From: Lentisphaeria bacterium UBA1732
GTDB lineage: Bacteria; Verrucomicrobiota; Lentisphaeria; Victivallales; UBA1829
NCBI GenBank assembly: GCA_002315855.1
Contig: DCIG01000048.1
Location: 5,582 to 69,581, forward strand
Length of the DNA: 64,000 nucleotides
Reading direction: 5' to 3'
The notes below the pieces were generated by a model. The model saw nothing but the letters and a program-made list of their open reading frames with translations, was not told the origin of the DNA and ran no database searches. Numbering within the stretch: position 1 is the stretch's first letter; each line of letters starts with the position of its first letter. The position numbers and the translations under genes were made by a program. Shown here one piece after another: positions 57,854 through 64,000 of the stretch.

Positions 57854-58765
57854 ATGGCATCTTTATCCAAGGATAAAAACGAAAAGCTCCCCAATGATGC
57901 GCGGGAGCTTTTTCCTTTTATTCCCCGACATTTTGCGGTTGACAAGGACAATTCCATCACGTATATCGATGAAGGAACCCCCGGAAATCCGGTTCTTGTA
58001 ATGATTCACGCATGTCCCATGTGCATGTTTGAATTTCGTCTGGCGATTTTCGCACTGTCCAAACGATTTCGTGTCATTGCATACGATCAAATGGGATTCG
58101 GATTTTCCGATCATCCGCAGAATTATGATTATCGAATTGAGAACCATATCGGTCATCTGGAACGCTTTCTCAACTTTCTGGGACTTCATGACAATATCTC
58201 ACTGCTGATGCACGGACGCGGAACCACCATCGGAATCGGCTATGCAGTGCGTCATGCTTCCGCGATTCGCTCGCTCATGGTCATGAATGCGCCGTCATTT
58301 TCGGATTTTCATTTGCCATTCAGGCTTGCGATGTTCCGTTTTCAGCGTATTCCGTCCTGTTTTTTTCTGCTGATGAAGCAAATACTGTTTCCGGGGCTTC
58401 GCTATCCGCCGGCAGTACGCCACGCCTATACATTCCGTCTGTCGCGCCGCAATATGCCAGCGATGGTCAATTTTATATGTTCACTTCCGCTTGTACCGGA
58501 AGATCAAACAGCACGTTCCATGATTGAAATTGAAACTGCAATCTGGGTATTGCGGCACAAACCGATGCTGATTTTATGGGGAGACCGCGACTGGCTCTAC
58601 AACGACAATGACATGACTCGCTGGCGTTCGTATTTTCCCGATGCAGAATTTCATCCAATCCACGGTGCAGGACGCTTCCTGACAGAGGATGCTCCGCGCC
58701 AGTATCTTGACTACGTTACAAAGTTCCTGAACAAAGTTTTTTCGGAAAGCGAGGAGGGCAATTAA
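57854..58765 (+). CDS. Alpha/beta-hydrolase fold protein, haloalkane dehalogenase/OleB-like, catalytic residues altered
   Basis: Y.DEG, R.IA.D..GFG.SD.P, P.LILWG..D, EDAP. HACP, HGRG and AGRF stand where HGNP, HDWG and AGH are expected. Confidence 0.78.
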   Translation: MASLSKDKNEKLPNDARELFPFIPRHFAVDKDNSITYIDEGTPGNPVLVMIHACPMCMFEFRLAIFALSKRFRVIAYDQMGFGFSDHPQNYDYRIENHIGHLERFLNFLGLHDNISLLMHGRGTTIGIGYAVRHASAIRSLMVMNAPSFSDFHLPFRLAMFRFQRIPSCFFLLMKQILFPGLRYPPAVRHAYTFRLSRRNMPAMVNFICSLPLVPEDQTARSMIEIETAIWVLRHKPMLILWGDRDWLYNDNDMTRWRSYFPDAEFHPIHGAGRFLTEDAPRQYLDYVTKFLNKVFSESEEGN

Positions 58766-58767
58766 GA

Positions 58768-60207
58768 ATGACACATCAATCCATTCAGCTCGAAATGAAT
58801 TTCGACGGCACCAATGAAAACACATTCAAACGCCGCCTCGACAGCGGGGATTTCCAGGTTATCGCAGAACTTCCCGTACCGTCCGCAGACACACAAGACT
58901 CGGATGCAGTACGCAAATACGCTGATTTTGAATATCTGATTCATGCGCAGGAAAATCCGAATTCGCTTATTGCATTTACCTGCAATACACCTCCTGGCTA
59001 TGCTATGGATCCGGTGGATTTTGCATCCAAACTCTGTAAATTCGCGCAAGACCGCCACATCATCTATGTATCAGGAATTGACCAATCCCTGAACGATATC
59101 AGGACCATGGTTCAGCACGCTGTCTCCTGCGGATTCCGTAATTTCTGCGCGGTAACGGGGCAAGCCGCAGCAAACGAAAATGAGGAAAAAACACGTTCGC
59201 ATGTTTTTACGGAAAGCGTCAATATCCTGCATGATCTGCGTGAAAAAATGCCCGGACCTTATACCTTCGGGGCCGTCATCAATCCATATCAGTATACACC
59301 ATGCTCCTCCTATGCCCAGTCGTTTCACCTGTTCAGAAAGATTGCGAACGGCAGTCATTTCATCACGACACAATTCGGCTGGGATGCAAAGAAACTGCAG
59401 GAGCTGATTTGGAATCTTTACCGTCGGGAAATCAATATTCCCGTCATTGCACGAATGCTCATTCTTACACCTGAAAATGCGGAGGATGTCTGTGCAGGAC
59501 GAGTTCCGGGGGTGCATCTTTCCCCCGACTTTATCCAGCTGCTCCGCCGGGAACGCGAACACTCTTTTGTTCAGTTCCAGGCTGCTCAGCTCCGCCGCAT
59601 TCAGATTCATGCAGCCGGCGCAAAGTTTCTGGGATGCAGTGCAGTTCAGCTGACGGGAACCACACATCCTGATACGCTGGAGCTTGTTTTCCAGCGCATT
59701 CGTCAGGGGCTTCAGGAATTTCATTCGTTTGAAGAATGGCGGGCCGCCTATCTTGATTATTACGGGCGCATTGAAATTGCCCCCTACCCCAACCTTTTCT
59801 ATCTTTTCGAGAACCTTCTGCAAAAAGAACGTCTCGAACACGATCCGGGATTGCCGGCAACCATGATTCCGCCTGTTTCATTCCGAGAAAAAGTTGTTCA
59901 TTCCCTGTCGAAAAAACTTTTCCGGCACTCACAGGATGCAGCCCCGGGAGAACGTCTCCTGACCAAAAAGATTCTTGCGGGATGCAGTTCCTGTTCCAAT
60001 TGCAGGTTATCTGAAACAGGCTTCGTCTGTCCTGAACTCTGCCCCAAAGGACTATCCAACGGAAGCTGCGGAGAAAATCTGGTAAACGGAGACTGTCCAT
60101 TCACACAAACCGAGTGTATTTTTGCCAAGCGGATTCGCTTAGCCACAGCAGATGACGATTATTCCTCGCTTGACGAAGGTGCCGTTCCTTCGCTGGAAAA
60201 ACGCTGA
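58768..60207 (+). CDS. MetF-like methylenetetrahydrofolate reductase fused to a Cys-rich MetV/MTHFR_C domain
   Basis: VIAEL..P, GAVINP, KI.NG..FI.TQ.GWD; C-terminal CxxCxxC-x8-CPxxCPKGLxNGxCG. Confidence 0.75.
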   Translation: MTHQSIQLEMNFDGTNENTFKRRLDSGDFQVIAELPVPSADTQDSDAVRKYADFEYLIHAQENPNSLIAFTCNTPPGYAMDPVDFASKLCKFAQDRHIIYVSGIDQSLNDIRTMVQHAVSCGFRNFCAVTGQAAANENEEKTRSHVFTESVNILHDLREKMPGPYTFGAVINPYQYTPCSSYAQSFHLFRKIANGSHFITTQFGWDAKKLQELIWNLYRREINIPVIARMLILTPENAEDVCAGRVPGVHLSPDFIQLLRREREHSFVQFQAAQLRRIQIHAAGAKFLGCSAVQLTGTTHPDTLELVFQRIRQGLQEFHSFEEWRAAYLDYYGRIEIAPYPNLFYLFENLLQKERLEHDPGLPATMIPPVSFREKVVHSLSKKLFRHSQDAAPGERLLTKKILAGCSSCSNCRLSETGFVCPELCPKGLSNGSCGENLVNGDCPFTQTECIFAKRIRLATADDDYSSLDEGAVPSLEKR

Positions 60208-60359
60208 AAAGGGAAATACTGAAAACTTGATGGTTACATCCGACGATTCCGGAAAAGTATTCTGATGCGTTATCGGGCTGTTCCGGCGTTTTATTAAGCA
60301 CCGGAATCTTTGCCCGATTGAATGCGGTTGAAGGGCGTGATTTGACGGAAATTGGAGGA

Positions 60360-61118
60360 TTATTCTTTCGGAGCGACTGCCTGGCTCCCGATAAAACGGA
60401 GCAGAGCGTCCAGCAGGACCGCAGGATGCGGCGGACAGCCCGGCACATAGCAGTCTACCGGCAGTACGGATTCCACTCCGTTCATCGTTTCTGCCTGGTC
60501 GCGGTAAAGTCCGCCTGAAATCGCACATGCGCCGGAAACAATTACGAAACATGGTTTCGGCATGGCATCGTATGTTTTTTTCAGCGCGGTGAGCATGTTT
60601 TTTGTAACGGGTCCGGTTACCAGCAGTGCGTCGGCATGACGCGGCGAGGCGACAGCCTGAATCCCGAAACGCCCCATATCCCATGCCAGAGTATGCAGGA
60701 CATTGAAATCAAGTTCACATGCGGCACAGCCGCCGGCTGAAACCTGACGGATTTTGAGGGAACGTCCGCACAAACGCCGGATTCCTTCCGCCTTTGCCGA
60801 ATCGGCTTTGGATGGTATTCCGTTGACAATCAGTCCGTCTCTTGACATTGTTCCCATGCGGTATTCGTTCGTGAAGAGAACTGCATCTGAGTGCTCCGCG
60901 CATTTCCCGCAGAAAATGCAGCGGCCCAAATCCAGAGTTGCACTGCCGCCGGACAGTTTGATTGCATCCACGGGACAGTTTTCAATCGTTTCCTGTGTCA
61001 GCTTTGCCGCATCAAGAATCGGGTATCCATGAAAATGCGCGGGGAGATTCGGTTTCGCATAAGGAAATTTTCCCGTTCGATATCCCTGAAACAGTCTGGC
61101 TCGAAGAATCTTGAACAT
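60360..61118 (-). CDS. Ehr/Hyf small subunit (ferredoxin-like + NuoB/HyfI domain)
   Basis: CIFCGKC, GGCAACE, SPRHAD.LLVTGPVT, GACA.SGG, PGCPP. Confidence 0.88.
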   Translation of the reverse strand: MFKILRARLFQGYRTGKFPYAKPNLPAHFHGYPILDAAKLTQETIENCPVDAIKLSGGSATLDLGRCIFCGKCAEHSDAVLFTNEYRMGTMSRDGLIVNGIPSKADSAKAEGIRRLCGRSLKIRQVSAGGCAACELDFNVLHTLAWDMGRFGIQAVASPRHADALLVTGPVTKNMLTALKKTYDAMPKPCFVIVSGACAISGGLYRDQAETMNGVESVLPVDCYVPGCPPHPAVLLDALLRFIGSQAVAPKE

Positions 61119-61133
61119 GATATTGACTCCTTT

Positions 61134-62633
61134 TCAGAGATCGTGTCCGCAGTAGGACAGGTTAAAACTTTTGTTGCAAATCGGAAAATCGGAAATTTGC
61201 TGATCGCGAAGAGCCATTTCCAGACCGCCCCAGTTGTGGAACGATGGATCGATGATTTTGTAGCGGAGAAATTTCCCGTTGGAATCCGTAACTGCCGCGT
61301 GAACAAGCATTCCGCGCCATGCTTCCTCCAGCGAGAAAATCATCGAATCAGCAGGCAGAACAACCGAATCCGCATGATTTTCTGAGCATTTTCCTTCCGG
61401 AAGGGCAGACAGAATCTTTTTCACAATGGCAAGCGAATCTTCCAGTTCATCGCGCCGGATGGCGGCACGGGCTAAAACATCGCCTGTCCTGCCGCTTGCG
61501 CATTGCCTGAGATGTTCCGGAAATTCGGGCGAACCCAGCGAAATTCGCAAATCGCGTTTCAGTCCGGATGCACGCGCCGCCATGCCGGTCATCCCAATCT
61601 GACGTGCGGTTTCCTCGCTTACGGTGCCTGTGTTTTCAAACCTGTCAAGAACACTTGGCTCGTCAAACATCAGATCAAGAGCATTCATCAGTTCTTTTTC
61701 TCCGGCATTCACTTTGGCAAGCAGTTTTCCCGCCGTATCGTCAGAAACATCGTACCGGACGCCGCCTGTGGCAATATAATTCCGTCCGAAGCGGTTGCCG
61801 GACAATTCCGCCGTGATATTCAGAAAATCCCCGCGAATACGTCCGCAGTAGCTCGCAGTCGGCAGAAATGCCACATCTCCGGATAAAGCACCGGAGTCGC
61901 CGATGTGGTTCGCGATGCGTTCCAGTTCCAGAGCCGCCTGACGAAGTGCCTGTGCCCGTGCCGGAATCCTGATGTCCTGCGCGGCTTCCAGAATGCGATG
62001 GTAGCAAAGAGATGCCGCAATGGAGGAATCCCCGGCTGCGGTTTCCGCGAGGAATGCACTCTTTTTATCAGGACCATGTTCCAGCATTTTTTCGATGCCC
62101 CGGTGCTGATAACCCAATTCAATTTCCAGCGAATAGACATCTTCGCCCATGCACTGAAAGCGAAAATGTCCCAGCTCAATCACGCCTGCATGAACAGGCC
62201 CCACTGCCACTTCATGGACACTGGTCCCCTGCATCGTGAAATACTGTGCTGCACCTGCTTCCGGCCGTTGATTGTCAGTGCCGTTCAGAGCTGACTGAAA
62301 ACGAAGCGGTTTCAGGCGGGGATGACCGATGGGTTCAATCCTGTATTGTTCAAAAAGTTCACGTTCAAACCATGAAAGCGCAGGCAGTTCCGGCGTGAGT
62401 GCGGGATAGCTTTTCCCGACTTTTGTTGAGCAGACATCCAGTCCATGTTTTTCCGGATTCAGCAGTGCGGCATAAAGGAAAAATTCATCTTGTTCCGGGA
62501 CTGCAAAAAATGCGGCGACTTCATGGTTCGGCACTTCACGCAGAAGCAGCGACCGGAATACCGGGAAATCATGCAGCGGCACTGCCTGCCGCGCAAAAAA
62601 AGTATGATTGGTGCAGAAGAGAAATTCATTCAT
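61134..62633 (-). CDS. Ehr large subunit (NuoC-D/HyfG-like, no Ni-binding CxxC)
   Basis: FERE, VGPVHAGVIE.GHFRF, LGYQHRGIE, ELER.ANH, E.WRG, DPSF.NW, DFPICNKSFNLSY.GHDL. Confidence 0.88.
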   Translation of the reverse strand: MNEFLFCTNHTFFARQAVPLHDFPVFRSLLLREVPNHEVAAFFAVPEQDEFFLYAALLNPEKHGLDVCSTKVGKSYPALTPELPALSWFERELFEQYRIEPIGHPRLKPLRFQSALNGTDNQRPEAGAAQYFTMQGTSVHEVAVGPVHAGVIELGHFRFQCMGEDVYSLEIELGYQHRGIEKMLEHGPDKKSAFLAETAAGDSSIAASLCYHRILEAAQDIRIPARAQALRQAALELERIANHIGDSGALSGDVAFLPTASYCGRIRGDFLNITAELSGNRFGRNYIATGGVRYDVSDDTAGKLLAKVNAGEKELMNALDLMFDEPSVLDRFENTGTVSEETARQIGMTGMAARASGLKRDLRISLGSPEFPEHLRQCASGRTGDVLARAAIRRDELEDSLAIVKKILSALPEGKCSENHADSVVLPADSMIFSLEEAWRGMLVHAAVTDSNGKFLRYKIIDPSFHNWGGLEMALRDQQISDFPICNKSFNLSYCGHDL

Positions 62634-62658
62634 AATCGTAAAAATCCTTTCCCGGTTC

Positions 62659-64000
62659 TTACAGAATGCTGTGAAGCTGAATCATGCCCAGTGCAAGCGC
62701 AAGGACAAGCATGACACCTGGAATCCATACCAGTTTTTCGGCTTGGATGGAGAGTGATTCATCCGGCAGAACTTTTTTGTCGGGACCACAAATCAGATGC
62801 AGAACGGTGTGCGTCATGGCCGCAAAAATAATCAGCAACAGAATCAGGACTGCAGCTCCCGCAATCGGCGGCAATGCCATGATCAGCCGGAGTTCTGTCG
62901 CAAAAATCGGAGAGGGCGGTACTCCGCATATCATGAGCACTCCCGCAAAAAAGAGAATCGAATTTCTCTGTAATTTTCCGGACAATCCGCCCAGAAGATC
63001 AGTACGGCGCGTCCCGCACGCCAGAAGCAGGTTTCCTGCCGTCAGGAAGAGTGCCATCTTAATCAGAGAATGTGCGTACATGTGAATCGCTGCGGCATCC
63101 CGGATGGACGGGATTGACCACAGAATGGACAGAAGCCCCATGTGTTCAACGCTGGAGTACGCCAGAAGACGTTTGAAATCAAGCTGACGGACTGTAAAGA
63201 ATGCCGCAAATACCAGCGACAGGATTCCCAGTGCAACCATAAGATTCGCACAGAAAGATTTCATTTCATCAGGTGCCGCCTCGTAAAAACGTATAATTCC
63301 GAGAAGCGAGCAGTTGAGCAGTGCGCCGGAAAGCAGGGCGGATACCGTGCCGGGCGATTCGCTGTGGGCATCCGGAAGCCACGTGTGGAACGGAGCAAGT
63401 CCCATCTTGGTGCCGTATCCCGCTAAGATGAAGATAAATGACGCTTTGAACCAGACCGGTTTCAGAAGATGGCGTACACCTGTTACGTGAGTGAACCTCA
63501 AGTCGCCTTCGCCGGGAGGCATTGCCGCTGCCAGAAGCATGGTCCCGAACAGTGCCAGACCGATCCCGACGGAGCAGATAAGCAGATATTTCCACATCGC
63601 CTCCAGAGAACGTGCTGAACGGTGAAACAGAATCAAAGGCGCACTGACAAGCGTCGTGGCTTCCACCGCAACCCAAAGAAGTCCGAAATCGACAGACAGG
63701 ATGACCAAAGTCATCATTCCCTCGAAAGCGAGAAGTCCGGAAACAAAAATATGCAGTTTCAGCAGTCCTTCGGGATGTTCACGGGTTTCCTGTGCATCCT
63801 GTTCCGCCTTAATCCAGAAAACAGTATGAATCGCAACCATGCAGAAGAGGAGCGATGTCAGGAACAGGAAACATTTTCCCAGTTCATCCGCGTACAGCCA
63901 ATGCTGAAGCCACGAAAAATCAGCATTCCATTCAGAACGGAATGTCATGACTGCCGATAAAACAAGATGCATCAGTGAGGTCAGAGCCAGAAGCATTCGC
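62659..64000 (-). CDS. HyfF/NuoM-like proton-translocating membrane subunit, 5'-truncated
   Basis: WVAVEATTL, WKY, GYGTKMGLAP.HTWLPDAHSE.P, KRLLAYSSVEHMG. Confidence 0.9.
   Translation of the reverse strand, partial: RMLLALTSLMHLVLSAVMTFRSEWNADFSWLQHWLYADELGKCFLFLTSLLFCMVAIHTVFWIKAEQDAQETREHPEGLLKLHIFVSGLLAFEGMMTLVILSVDFGLLWVAVEATTLVSAPLILFHRSARSLEAMWKYLLICSVGIGLALFGTMLLAAAMPPGEGDLRFTHVTGVRHLLKPVWFKASFIFILAGYGTKMGLAPFHTWLPDAHSESPGTVSALLSGALLNCSLLGIIRFYEAAPDEMKSFCANLMVALGILSLVFAAFFTVRQLDFKRLLAYSSVEHMGLLSILWSIPSIRDAAAIHMYAHSLIKMALFLTAGNLLLACGTRRTDLLGGLSGKLQRNSILFFAGVLMICGVPPSPIFATELRLIMALPPIAGAAVLILLLIIFAAMTHTVLHLICGPDKKVLPDESLSIQAEKLVWIPGVMLVLALALGMIQLHSIL

Noticed and set aside
1-64000. tRNA/rRNA genes, prophage, integrase or transposase
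   Set aside because: No T-loop/anticodon-arm signatures, rRNA-like tracts or mobility ORFs recognised by eye. Intergenic gaps are short and accounted for.

Overview
Chromosomal backbone of a probably anaerobic, host-associated PVC-superphylum bacterium, Lentisphaerae/Victivallales-like. That assignment is inferred from a prepilin/H-X9-DG protein, a PPi-dependent phosphofructokinase, a fused GH13-GH133 debranching enzyme, lpxA and an Ehr-type membrane complex. About 53 CDSs, mostly housekeeping: ribD/ribE, a pilT-family ATPase, uppP, tadA, gatCA, pfp, hom/ask, lepA/lepB, lpxA, queD, HU, tsaC, pyrK/pyrD, rhlB, coaB, mutS, xseB. A few look accessory: an AAA-PD-(D/E)XK protein, a Y-family polymerase with YolD, a P-type ATPase and an NSS transporter. 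I saw no rRNA, tRNA, CRISPR array, transposase, integrase or reverse transcriptase. The most striking unexplained structure is a non-coding family of palindromic MITE-like elements with about 18-bp terminal inverted repeats (consensus GAGCTGATTTCAAAAGTC) and 4-bp flanking duplications. There are two full ~164-bp copies about 80% identical by hand alignment, plus deleted, collapsed and half copies. They sit either 3 nt downstream of sigma70 -10 boxes or inside/after terminators. Other highlights: an ectoine-type aspartokinase in a hom operon; an apparently dead OleB/dehalogenase-like hydrolase co-transcribed with a MetF-MetV fusion; XseB with an SSB-like acidic tail; a secreted protein with alternating DPxxxSP/GPxI repeats; and a Ni-less Ehr complex. 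All calls were made by eye, without database searches.
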